Assembly: GCA_963765075.1 (NCBI GenBank)
Contig: CAVXVA010000001.1
Location: 870,075 to 934,074, forward strand
Length of the DNA: 64,000 bases
Reading direction: 5' to 3'
Source: an uncultured Acidimicrobiia bacterium
GTDB taxonomy: Bacteria; Actinomycetota; Acidimicrobiia; IMCC26256; JAENVU01
Both the position numbers and the translations under genes were made by a program. Of this stretch, positions 43,912 to 52,424 are shown in pieces. Position 1 is the first letter of the stretch; every line of letters starts with the position of its first letter. Under the pieces are notes generated by a model that did no database searches, was not told the DNA's origin, and saw nothing but the letters and a program-made list of their open reading frames with translations.

Positions 43912-44174
43912 GCGACCTGGTCGACGAGATGGCCTGCCAAGAGTTGGTCGAACGGGTCACTGAGTATCTCGACTCGGCGCTGCCCGTCGTCGATCGCGAC
44001 CGCTTCGAGGAACACGTCGCCGAATGCCCCGGCTGCGAAGAGGTCCTGGGCCAGTTCCGCGCGGTCGTCGCGGTGAGCGGCCGCCTGGCGGCCGCCGACG
44101 TCGCCGCCCTGGACCCGTCGACGCGCGGCCAACTCCTCGACCTCTTTCGAGGGAGACCTCCAGGATCCTCCTGA
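43908..44174 (+). CDS. Anti-sigma factor, zf-HC2 type
   Basis: 88 aa with the H-x3-C-x2-C motif (EEHVAECPGC). GTG overlaps the sigma factor stop (GTGA). Confidence 0.8.
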   Translation: MSDLVDEMACQELVERVTEYLDSALPVVDRDRFEEHVAECPGCEEVLGQFRAVVAVSGRLAAADVAALDPSTRGQLLDLFRGRPPGSS

Positions 44175-44182
44175 CCAAGACG

Positions 44183-44188
44183 TAGCGT
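44183..44188 (+). promoter_or_regulatory. -10-like hexamer TAGCGT, 6 nt upstream of ATG 44195 (leaderless geometry)
   Basis: TAGCGT is followed by aggttt and the ATG, with only 20 nt of intergenic space. Confidence 0.3.
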
Positions 44189-44194
44189 AGGTTT

Positions 44195-45493
44195 ATGCCT
44201 ACCCTGACGCTGAGCCCGTCCGAAGCCGCCGCCCGTCTCCGCGAGCGTGACTCGCTCGGCATCCCACTGGGGCCGGGCCAACCACCTGCGTTTCTCCACG
44301 CGCTCGGCGGACGCGACGACTGGGTCGAGCTGACCGTCTTCGGAGCGCTCCTCGTCGACCTCTACGAAGTGTTCATGAAGCCCGGCGTGCGGTACTTGTC
44401 CGGGTTCTTCGGTCCCGCGGAGCGCTTCTTGGTCGACAGCGGCGCGCGGGTGGAGTTCATTCCGGCCGACTTCCGTCGGTTCACTCGAATCGCGGAACAA
44501 CTGAACCCTCGAGTCGTCGCGACCGTCGCGTCCCCGCCTGACCGCGACGGCTTCATGTCGCTCTCACTCCACGCGGGCGCCACCATCGAGGCGATCAAGG
44601 CCGCAGGTGCGGACCCAGAACGGCTCCTGATCGTCGAGGTCAACGCCAAGTTCCCCCGCACTCGCGGCCTCCTTCCCGACTACCCCCATCGGATCCACCT
44701 CGACGACATCGACATCCTCGTGGAATCCGACCGCGACCCGTTCGTGCTCCCCGAGGATGAACCGAGTGACGTCGACCGTGCTATCGCCGCCCACGTGGCG
44801 CCCCTCATTCCCGACGGCGCGACCCTCCAGACCGGCATCGGTGGCATCCCGTCCACGATTGTCAGCCTCCTCGCGGAAGGCGACGGTGGCGACTACGGCG
44901 TGCACTCGGAGATGTTCACGACCGGGCTCATGCAGCTGCACCGAGCCGGCAAGGTCTCGAACGCGCACAAGGGCCAGTTCGACGGGCTTTCGATCACGAC
45001 CTTCGCGGCCGGGACGCTCGCGTTGTACGACTGGCTCCAGGACAACGACGAGGTCGCATTTCTGCCGGTCGACGTGGTGAACGCCCCCGACGTCATCGCG
45101 CGGAACCGCACGATGATCACGATCAACGGCGCGCTCACCGTCGACCTCAACGGCCAAGTGGTCGCGGACACGATCGGCGGTCGCCAGTTCTCGGGCATCG
45201 GCGGCCATGAGGACTTCATCGCCCAGTCCGGCCTCTCGCTCGAAGACCGATCGTTGATCTGCCTGCCGTCGACGTCGATCGTCGACGGAGTCTGCATCTC
45301 GCGGATCTCGATGGCGTTGGCACAGGGTTGGATCGTGACGACGCCGCGCCACCAACTCGACCTCGTCGTCACCGAGCACGGCGTTGCCCACCTGCGCGGG
45401 CGCACCGTGCGCGAACGGGCGCGGGCCCTGGCCGAGATCGCCGCCCCCCAGTTCCGTGACGAACTTCGCGCCCAGGCGGAGCAACTCAACTGA
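44195..45493 (+). CDS. Acetyl-CoA hydrolase/transferase family protein (4-hydroxybutyrate CoA-transferase-like)
   Basis: 432 aa with ...LQTGIGGIPS...GVHSEMFT... and ...NGALTVDLNGQVVADT...QFSGIGGHEDF.... Confidence 0.85.
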   Translation: MPTLTLSPSEAAARLRERDSLGIPLGPGQPPAFLHALGGRDDWVELTVFGALLVDLYEVFMKPGVRYLSGFFGPAERFLVDSGARVEFIPADFRRFTRIAEQLNPRVVATVASPPDRDGFMSLSLHAGATIEAIKAAGADPERLLIVEVNAKFPRTRGLLPDYPHRIHLDDIDILVESDRDPFVLPEDEPSDVDRAIAAHVAPLIPDGATLQTGIGGIPSTIVSLLAEGDGGDYGVHSEMFTTGLMQLHRAGKVSNAHKGQFDGLSITTFAAGTLALYDWLQDNDEVAFLPVDVVNAPDVIARNRTMITINGALTVDLNGQVVADTIGGRQFSGIGGHEDFIAQSGLSLEDRSLICLPSTSIVDGVCISRISMALAQGWIVTTPRHQLDLVVTEHGVAHLRGRTVRERARALAEIAAPQFRDELRAQAEQLN

Positions 45494-45557
45494 GGCGGCT
45501 CTGATTCGTGGTCGCACGATACGGGTACGGTCGAGGTCTCCGACCGAAGGACCGCTC

Positions 45558-45884
45558 ATGACCGAGATCTCCGACCGCTACCGTCGGCTCGCCTCCGAGT
45601 TCGCAACGTGCATCGATGCCGTTGGGGACGATCGCTGGTCGGCGCCGTCACCGTGCGAAGGGTGGAGTACACGCGACGTCGTCGGGCACGTCGTGGGCAC
45701 GCAGGCGATGTTCCTCGGGTTGGTCGGCCGTGAGATGCCCGCCGACGCGGTGCGGGTCATCGCCGGTGTCGCCGCGTTCGGCGACGCGATCCGGAGCCCC
45801 CAGGCCTGCGGGCCCGAGATCCCGGTACCGGAAGACGCCGACCTCACCACGCGCATGCTGGCACTCGTCGGCCGCGTGGCCTGA
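45558..45884 (+). CDS. Truncated mycothiol-dependent maleylpyruvate-isomerase/DinB-like (TIGR03086-like) protein
   Basis: The N-terminus is ...DRWSAPSPCEGWSTRDVVGHVVG and the C-terminus is ...PEIPVPEDADLTTRMLALVGR. At 108 aa it is about half the usual length. GAAGGA precedes the ATG. Confidence 0.55.
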   Translation: MTEISDRYRRLASEFATCIDAVGDDRWSAPSPCEGWSTRDVVGHVVGTQAMFLGLVGREMPADAVRVIAGVAAFGDAIRSPQACGPEIPVPEDADLTTRMLALVGRVA

Positions 45885-45918
45885 CGGGCGCGAACACACG
45901 CTCAACGGGTTCGGGCGA

Positions 45919-46917
45919 TCAGACGCAATGGATGGCCACGTAGTTCTTCAGGTTCGCGGTGGTCGTGAAGTAGCCCGTGAAGTGGGCCAACCCCACCCCG
46001 ACGCCCCGTGAGGCCCCCGGCGCAATCCCACCGAAGGGCAGCCGCTTCCAGTTCCCGGGGGTCCCGTACGCAAGCGCCAGCGGATTGGGCGTGTTGTTGA
46101 AGATGGTCACGTTGCAGCCGATCGGGTTCCACGAACTCAGGGTGAACGACCGGGGCGTGAAGACCGGGAGTCCGCCGGCGTTGAGGGTGATGGTCGTGAC
46201 CGGCGTAGTCGAGATGCCGATGAGCGTCTGGGCCAACGGAACCGCCGTGATGGACGGGTCGTCGTTCACATCACCCGAGTAGTTCGCCGTGACTAGATGG
46301 GTGCCCGGGTAGAAGCTCGGGTACAGATCGGTGAGCGCCAGCGAGGCCTTGCCCAACGCGTCGAGATCGGCGGTCCAGTAGTACCCACCGTCGACCGAGA
46401 AGTCCACGGTCCCGGTCGGAACACCCGCTCCCGGCGCGACCGCCTTCACGGCGGCGGTGATCTTGCCGGCGTCGCCGTAGTGGGCGTTCGGGTTCGACGA
46501 CGTCAGCGTGATCGTGGTGCTGGCGACCGCGACGACCTGCACCATCGACGCCGATGTCGTCACGCTGCCACCGGTCGAAGTGAAGCTCGCGGTGATGTCG
46601 TGCGCCCCTGCACTGAGTGCCCGGGTGACCAGTCGGGCCGTGCCGGACTGGATCGTGGTGGTCGTCCCGATCGCGGTGGCGCCGTCGAGAAACGTGACGA
46701 AACCGGCGATCGACGCCACCGGGATCGTCGGGTCGATGATCTTCGCCTTGAGCGTGACCGCCTGGCCGAAGACCGACGGGTTCGCCGTGGAACTCACGGT
46801 CACCGTTGTCGTCCCGGCGGCTGCGGCGGCGGACTGCACCACCAGCACGCCGCCCGACGCCAGTGTGGCCACCAGCGCCGTCGCCGCGATCCGGGTGAGG
46901 AGCTTTGTGGATCTCAT
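45919..46917 (-). CDS. Secreted Ig-like-domain repeat protein
   Basis: A signal peptide (MRSTKLLTRIAATALVATLASGG...AAAAAG) is followed by repeated segments such as ...GFVTFLDGATAIGT...G.ARLVTRALSAGAHDITASF... and ...GTVDFSVDG.... Confidence 0.75.
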   Translation of the reverse strand: MRSTKLLTRIAATALVATLASGGVLVVQSAAAAAGTTTVTVSSTANPSVFGQAVTLKAKIIDPTIPVASIAGFVTFLDGATAIGTTTTIQSGTARLVTRALSAGAHDITASFTSTGGSVTTSASMVQVVAVASTTITLTSSNPNAHYGDAGKITAAVKAVAPGAGVPTGTVDFSVDGGYYWTADLDALGKASLALTDLYPSFYPGTHLVTANYSGDVNDDPSITAVPLAQTLIGISTTPVTTITLNAGGLPVFTPRSFTLSSWNPIGCNVTIFNNTPNPLALAYGTPGNWKRLPFGGIAPGASRGVGVGLAHFTGYFTTTANLKNYVAIHCV

Positions 46918-46937
46918 GATTCACCTTCCAAGGAGAA

Positions 46938-46960
46938 CAACCGAATGTCTGCTTCGGTTG
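46938..46960 (-). terminator. Stem-loop CAACCGAA-N7-TTCGGTTG followed by TTCTCCTT (possible terminator/attenuator between two same-strand genes)
   Basis: A perfect 8-bp stem lies about 100 nt after the LLM gene stop and 20 nt before the start of the Ig-like gene. The U-tract is weak. Confidence 0.3.
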
Positions 46961-47062
46961 TAACCGTCGGTCGGTCAGGAATCGGCCAAGAGATCCACTC
47001 GGGAACGCAAGAGTCGGCAAGGTTGTGACGAAGGTCCCGACTGCGCCGGCCTTGCTCCCCGG

Positions 47063-47926
47063 TCAGCGGACGCGGCTCGCGAACTCGCCGAGGCGATCGA
47101 GCCACTCGGCCCGGGTCGTGCACCCATCGAACCCGACCGCGAGCCAGTCGACACCGAGATCGGTGAACACCTGGAGGTCGTCCGACGGGGCGAACGGAGC
47201 GAAACAGATCGTCAGCGGATCGGTCCGGCCGATCTCGTCGGCGTAGGCCCGGGCGGTGTCGAGTCGGGCCGCGAACTCGTCGATGGTGGTAATCGCCGGC
47301 GTCTTGACCGCCCGGGAGGCGGCGGGCGGATTCGGGAACGGCGACCACCCGTCACCGATCTCGACCGCACGGCGCATGGCGCGAGTGCTGTTGCCGCCGA
47401 TCCAGATCGGCACCGGCGCAGGGTGCGGGAGTTGGGTCACCCCGCGCGCATGGGTACGAGGCGTATCGACCGCGACCCCCTCCTCGGCCCAGGCGCGCCG
47501 CATGATCGTGACGGTCTCGTCGAGCAGGTCGTTGCGAGCGTCGAAGTCGACGCCGAGGGCCGCGAACTCCGGCTTGAGGTACCCGGCGGCGACGCCGAGG
47601 ATCACCCGGCCGCCCGCAAGATTCTGCAGCGTCGCCACCCCTTTGGCCGCGAGGAAGGGGTTGCGATATGCGGCCACATACACGTGGGTATGGAGCATCA
47701 GCCTCGTCGTGGCCGCTGCCGCAAATGCCAGGGCGATGAGCGGGTCCTGGGCATGATGGCCGCCACCCGCAAGCCAACGATCGTCCGGCGCCGGGTGATC
47801 GGTGACAAACACTGCATCGAGTCCCGCAGCTTCCACGGCCGCGGCCATCTCGGCGATGGCCCCACCGGTGACGAACTCGTCGCCGAACGCGACATGGTCA
47901 ACTGGAAGGCCCACGGAGTAACGCAT
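47063..47926 (-). CDS. LLM-class F420-dependent oxidoreductase
   Basis: ...LDAVFVTDHP...LMLHTHVYVAAYRNPFLAAKGVATLQNLAGGRVILGVAAGY... is present. Confidence 0.85.
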   Translation of the reverse strand: MRYSVGLPVDHVAFGDEFVTGGAIAEMAAAVEAAGLDAVFVTDHPAPDDRWLAGGGHHAQDPLIALAFAAAATTRLMLHTHVYVAAYRNPFLAAKGVATLQNLAGGRVILGVAAGYLKPEFAALGVDFDARNDLLDETVTIMRRAWAEEGVAVDTPRTHARGVTQLPHPAPVPIWIGGNSTRAMRRAVEIGDGWSPFPNPPAASRAVKTPAITTIDEFAARLDTARAYADEIGRTDPLTICFAPFAPSDDLQVFTDLGVDWLAVGFDGCTTRAEWLDRLGEFASRVR

Positions 47927-47973
47927 CAGTCGGGCACGCTACCGTCGGTACGACCGACTCCAAGGAGAACCAC

Positions 47974-49215
47974 GTGTCCATCGTTGACGACGTCGCACTG
48001 AGCACGCCCGAGTTCTGGGCCGCGCCCGAGGCCGACCGCGAAGCGGGGTTCCGCCGTCTGCGCGACGACGCCCCGATCACCTTCTACCCCGAACCGGACT
48101 ACGGCCCTGATCTTCCGCCGGGCCCCGGGTACTGGTCGCTCTCCCGCTTCGACGACGTCGTGTACGCCAGCCGGCACCCGGAGCTGTTCTGCTCCGGCCG
48201 GGGTGGTACGAACATCGGCGACCTCCCCGACGGCATCGCCGAGTTCCTCGGCTCGATCATCAACATGGACGACCCACGACACAAGAAATTGCGCGGGCTC
48301 GTCAACCACGGATTCACGCCGAAATCACTCGCGGCGCTCCTCGACAGCGTGCGAGAGCGGACCACGGAGGTCATCGACGCAGTCGCCGAGAAGGGCGAGT
48401 GCGATTTCGTCGCCGAGATCGCCGCCCCGATGCCGCTCGCGATCGTCTGCGACATGGTCGGCGTCCCCCCCTCGCAGCGTCAGACGGTCTTCGAGGCCAG
48501 CAACGTGATCCTCGGCGTGGGTGACCCGGAATACGTGCAGACCATGGAAGACCTGATGGCCGCGTTCATGACGCTGCACCAGATGGCAATGGAACTCGGT
48601 GAGCACCGGCTCGCGAATCCGGCCGACGACATCGCCACGACCCTCATGCAGGCCGAGGTCGACGGCGAGCGCCTCACGGTTCCCGAGTTCGCCTCGTTCT
48701 TCATCCTGCTGGTCGTCGCGGGCAACGAGACCACTCGGACCGCGATCAGTCACGGCATGTGGGCGCTCCACCAGCACCCCGACCAGCGCGCCCTCTGGAG
48801 TGGGGATTTCGAGACGCACGCAGTCAACGCCGTCGAGGAGATCGTGCGGTGGGCGTCACCGGTCATCCACTTCCGCCGCACCGCCACCCAAGACACCGAG
48901 ATCAGTGGTCAGCCGATCGCCGAAGGTGAGAAGGTCGTGATGTGGTTCAACTCGGCGAACCGCGACGATCGCATCTTCGCCGACCCGTACCGCTTCGACG
49001 TCACCCGCTCGCCGAACCCCCACCTCGGTTACGGCGGCGGCGGACCGCACTTCTGCCTCGGCGCCAACCTCGCCCGACGCGAGATCCGGGTGATGTTCGA
49101 GCAGCTGTTCACTCGGCTGCCGGACTTGGCGATCACCGCGGAACCCGAGATTCTCCAATCGAGTTTCATCCACGGCATCAAGCGCATGCCGTGCCAGTTC
49201 ACTCCGGGCGGCTGA
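47974..49215 (+). CDS. Cytochrome P450
   Basis: The heme-binding loop is HLGYGGGGPHFCLGANLARRE, the I-helix is ...LLVVAGNETTR and the EIVRW motif (ExxR) is present. AAGGAG precedes the GTG start. Confidence 0.9.
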   Translation: MSIVDDVALSTPEFWAAPEADREAGFRRLRDDAPITFYPEPDYGPDLPPGPGYWSLSRFDDVVYASRHPELFCSGRGGTNIGDLPDGIAEFLGSIINMDDPRHKKLRGLVNHGFTPKSLAALLDSVRERTTEVIDAVAEKGECDFVAEIAAPMPLAIVCDMVGVPPSQRQTVFEASNVILGVGDPEYVQTMEDLMAAFMTLHQMAMELGEHRLANPADDIATTLMQAEVDGERLTVPEFASFFILLVVAGNETTRTAISHGMWALHQHPDQRALWSGDFETHAVNAVEEIVRWASPVIHFRRTATQDTEISGQPIAEGEKVVMWFNSANRDDRIFADPYRFDVTRSPNPHLGYGGGGPHFCLGANLARREIRVMFEQLFTRLPDLAITAEPEILQSSFIHGIKRMPCQFTPGG

Positions 49216-49279
49216 CCCCGGAGGGTCGTCCCGCCCGCCGATTCAGGGCTTGACGGTAGAAACCGCCACCATCCCGGCG

Positions 49280-49990
49280 CTACCGATGGGAACGGGGACG
49301 GGTGGGTGGAAGGTTGCGATCGAGGAACCCGACGGTGCGTTGCCATGCCAGCCGCGCCGCCTCCGGGTCGTACGCGTCGGGCCGATCCCATTCGAAGAAC
49401 CAATGGCCCGTGCCGGGATAGCGGTAGAACTCCGCCTCACGACCGGTCGCGCGCAGTTCGCGTTCCTGGCGCGTCACGCGCTTCGGCCCGACGAAGGGGT
49501 CCGACTCCGCGAGATGGAACTGGAACGCCGAGATGCTGTTGGTGAAGTCACCGCCGCGGGTGGCGTAGAACACCGTGGTCGCCGAGATCGGTGGAATCTC
49601 CGGGCGAGATTGCTTCGCTAACCACAACGCCCAGTGTCCACCCATCGAGAATCCGATCTGACCGACCGCCGCCGCCCCGTGTGCCACCCTGGCCGGTTCG
49701 ACCGCGGCGATGATCTGGCGCCACATCGGCGTGGAGCGCCTTCGGGCGCGCAGCGCGGCAGCTTCTTCCGCGGTCGAAGCGATCTCGCCGCCGTAGAGAT
49801 CGGGCGCCACCGCGACGTACCCCAACTCGGCCAGGTCATCGCACACCCCGGTGATGACCTCCGTCAGCCCCCACCATGCATGAAGTACGACAATCGTCGC
49901 CCGAGCCCGGCCGGCCGGGGCGACGACGTACGCGAGGTCGGACCGAACCGCGTCACGCGTGGTGAGTCGTCGATCCGATGGTCGCGGCAC
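49280..49990 (-). CDS. Dienelactone hydrolase family protein
   Basis: ...IVVLHAWWGLT...YVAVAPDLYGG...GFSMGGHWALW... places it in the alpha/beta hydrolase fold. Confidence 0.8.
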   Translation of the reverse strand: MPRPSDRRLTTRDAVRSDLAYVVAPAGRARATIVVLHAWWGLTEVITGVCDDLAELGYVAVAPDLYGGEIASTAEEAAALRARRRSTPMWRQIIAAVEPARVAHGAAAVGQIGFSMGGHWALWLAKQSRPEIPPISATTVFYATRGGDFTNSISAFQFHLAESDPFVGPKRVTRQERELRATGREAEFYRYPGTGHWFFEWDRPDAYDPEAARLAWQRTVGFLDRNLPPTRPRSHR

Positions 49991-50218
49991 TCGTTCTCCT
50001 CCCCACCGGGTCCAGGGCGCGATGATGATGGCGTGCCACCTGCATCATCCCACCGGACGGGCAGATCCGAAGAATCACGATCGGATCGATTCGCGAACAA
50101 CTCAGAGGAGGCGACCCGCGCACCCCGGGGAACACCCCAGCGATCGTGGCACTCGTGCTCGGCGAACCCAATCGGCTCGAAGCACGGCTGTTGACCGAAT
50201 TCGGGTGAGTACCAATTC

Positions 50219-51565
50219 ATGGAGGCGCCGCTCGTGACGTCGCATCGCGGCCCCATCGATCGCGCGACTGCCGAGGACTTGGTGTCACTCGCGACGGATG
50301 TGGGTTCTGCGCCCATGCAGGTTGGGGCCGTGCTGCTCCTCGACACGGGTCTCGGGTTCGACTTGGAGCGCGCGACCGCGGCGGTTGCCGAGCGGATCCG
50401 CAGCGTCCCTCGGTTGCGACAGCGTCTGGTTCCTACACCGGTGGGGTGTGGCCGGCCGATCTGGATCGATGACACTGACTTCGACATTGGTAGCCACGTC
50501 TCGATCATCGACTGCCCTGTTCCCGGCGACGAGGCGGCATTGCTCAACGTGGCCGCCGGAGTGATCTGCACCCGACTCCCGGCCGATCGGCCACTCTGGC
50601 GAATGGCACTCGTCACGGGCCTCGCGGGTGAACGAACCGCGTTGATCGTGGCGTTCCATCACGTGCTCGCCGACGGGATCGGCGGTCTGGCGGTGCTCGT
50701 CAACCTGGTCGACGGAGTTCCTGCCGATCCGGTTGACGGATTTCCTCGGCCCGCACCGACGAACCTTCAGCTGCTGCGTGACGCGGTCCGGAGTCGTTGG
50801 GCCGCGCTCGCCACCTTGCCGGCGTCGGTGCGCAGGGCTCGTGCCGCGATCGTCCAACTGCGCCCGGCGGCGAGCGCGCATCCGGCACGGAGTTCGCTGA
50901 ACCGGCCGACGGGTGCCCTGCGACAGTTCGGGGTTGCCCGTGCCGACCTGGAAGAGGTCCGTCGTGTCGCGCATGCCTCACACGCGACGGTCAACGACGT
51001 CGTCCTGACCGCAGTTGCGGGGGCCCTCCATACGTTGCTTCGCGCCCGTGGTGAAGCCGTCGATCGATTCACCGTGTCGGTTCCGGTATCGGCTCGGCAA
51101 CAGGCGAGTGCGACGCAACTCGGCAACCAGGTCGGCGTGATCCCGATCGAGCTCCCTGCGATCGGTGATCCCCTCGTGCGGCTCCGCACGATCGCCGACG
51201 CGACCCGAGCCGCGAAACAGGCGCCACCGGCGGCGTCGACCGCCCTGCTGGGACCGATCTTCCGGCTCCTCGCGCGCCTCGGCATCTTCCAATGGTTCAT
51301 CGACCGCCAGCGACTCGTGCACACGTTCGTCACGAACCTGCGTGGGCCCGATGCCCGGCTCCACTTCCTCGGCGCGCCGATCATCGATGTCGTTGCGATA
51401 GCCGTGGTGACGGGCAACGTCTCCGTTTCGTTCGCCGCGATCTCCTACGCAGGCATGCTCGATGTGACGGTGATCGCCGACCCGGATGTTTGCCCCGATC
51501 TCCTCACGCTCCGGAATGCCGTCCAACACGAACTCGACCGGCTGATCGGAACGAGCCCGGCCTGA
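50219..51565 (+). CDS. Wax ester synthase/diacylglycerol acyltransferase (WS/DGAT) family protein
   Basis: It carries the HHVLADGIG catalytic motif and the C-terminal ...TNLRGP.... Confidence 0.85.
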   Translation: MEAPLVTSHRGPIDRATAEDLVSLATDVGSAPMQVGAVLLLDTGLGFDLERATAAVAERIRSVPRLRQRLVPTPVGCGRPIWIDDTDFDIGSHVSIIDCPVPGDEAALLNVAAGVICTRLPADRPLWRMALVTGLAGERTALIVAFHHVLADGIGGLAVLVNLVDGVPADPVDGFPRPAPTNLQLLRDAVRSRWAALATLPASVRRARAAIVQLRPAASAHPARSSLNRPTGALRQFGVARADLEEVRRVAHASHATVNDVVLTAVAGALHTLLRARGEAVDRFTVSVPVSARQQASATQLGNQVGVIPIELPAIGDPLVRLRTIADATRAAKQAPPAASTALLGPIFRLLARLGIFQWFIDRQRLVHTFVTNLRGPDARLHFLGAPIIDVVAIAVVTGNVSVSFAAISYAGMLDVTVIADPDVCPDLLTLRNAVQHELDRLIGTSPA

Positions 51566-51615
51566 GCCGAGGGCGGATTTCCCCGCGATCGACCGGCTCG
51601 TTGAGGGCTACGCCC

Positions 51616-52424
51616 TCAACGAGCCCGCGCTGGCCTCGGGTTCCCCCGGGTACCGTTCTCCCACCACTTCAGCACCCGCAGGGCCCGGAACGTCGACCAC
51701 CGGCTGGGACCCGGTGACTCGAACCGGATCCAATACCTGCCGGGGTACGGGCGGTACATCGGCCACGTTCCGTCGCGGCGGCGGGCCCGCCTGAGAACTC
51801 GCGCCCTCGCCTCAGCGCGTCCGCGACACCAATCGTTCGACCCGACCGTTGGTAGGCCGACAGAGCTTCGAGGGCCGTGATCGAGGTGTGAAACGAGCCG
51901 TGCGTCGAACCAGAGCGGATCGATTCGCAGTTCCAGCCGCCGTCGCCGAGTTGCTGGCCGACGAGCCACGCCACTGCCGGGTCGAGCCGTGGATCTTCGT
52001 AATGGAACGAGACGGCCAAACGAATGAGCATGCCGGTGATGCAAGTCTCGGGTTGACGGATGGTCTTGGCGAACGTGAGTCCACCTTCGAACCATCGAGC
52101 CGAGTCCCAGAGTTGTCGACACCCGGCGATCGCTTGCGGGTGTCCGGATTCGAGACCGAGGCGTTCCAGTAACAGGAGGGTGTAGGTGGTCGACGTCCAC
52201 TTCGGGCTGTACGACGCTCCTGCCCATCGCCCGTCGTGATCCTGCGCGGCGAGGAGTTGGGCACCCCAGCCTTCGGTCCCGACGCGAGCCCGCTCCTCGA
52301 CCACTTGCGCCTCGGGTGCCCCGATCAGGTCCCGGAGTATCTGCCACCGCAGCGCCGGATCACTGTCCAACAACCATGGGTGCAAGCGCGTGGTCTCGAC
52401 GTCGGCCTCGTGCTCGCGTTTCAT
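51616..52424 (-). CDS. Squalene-cyclase/prenyltransferase-repeat-like (alpha/alpha toroid) protein, with an apparent 1-nt frameshift near the 3' end
   Basis: ...DHDGRWAG...QQLGDGGWNCE... repeats are present. After ...ADALRRGREF the conserved tail VLRRARRRDGTWPMYRPYPGRYWIRFESPGPSRWSTFRALRVLKWW continues in another frame, to TGA at 51616. The length is 809 nt (3n+2). Confidence 0.65.

Noticed and set aside
44187-44202. Palindrome GTAGG-tttatg-CCTAC spanning the ATG of the CoA-transferase gene, plus the CGTAG CGTAG direct repeat.
   Set aside because: It has only 5-bp arms and a single occurrence. It is better explained as a -10 box plus start codon context.
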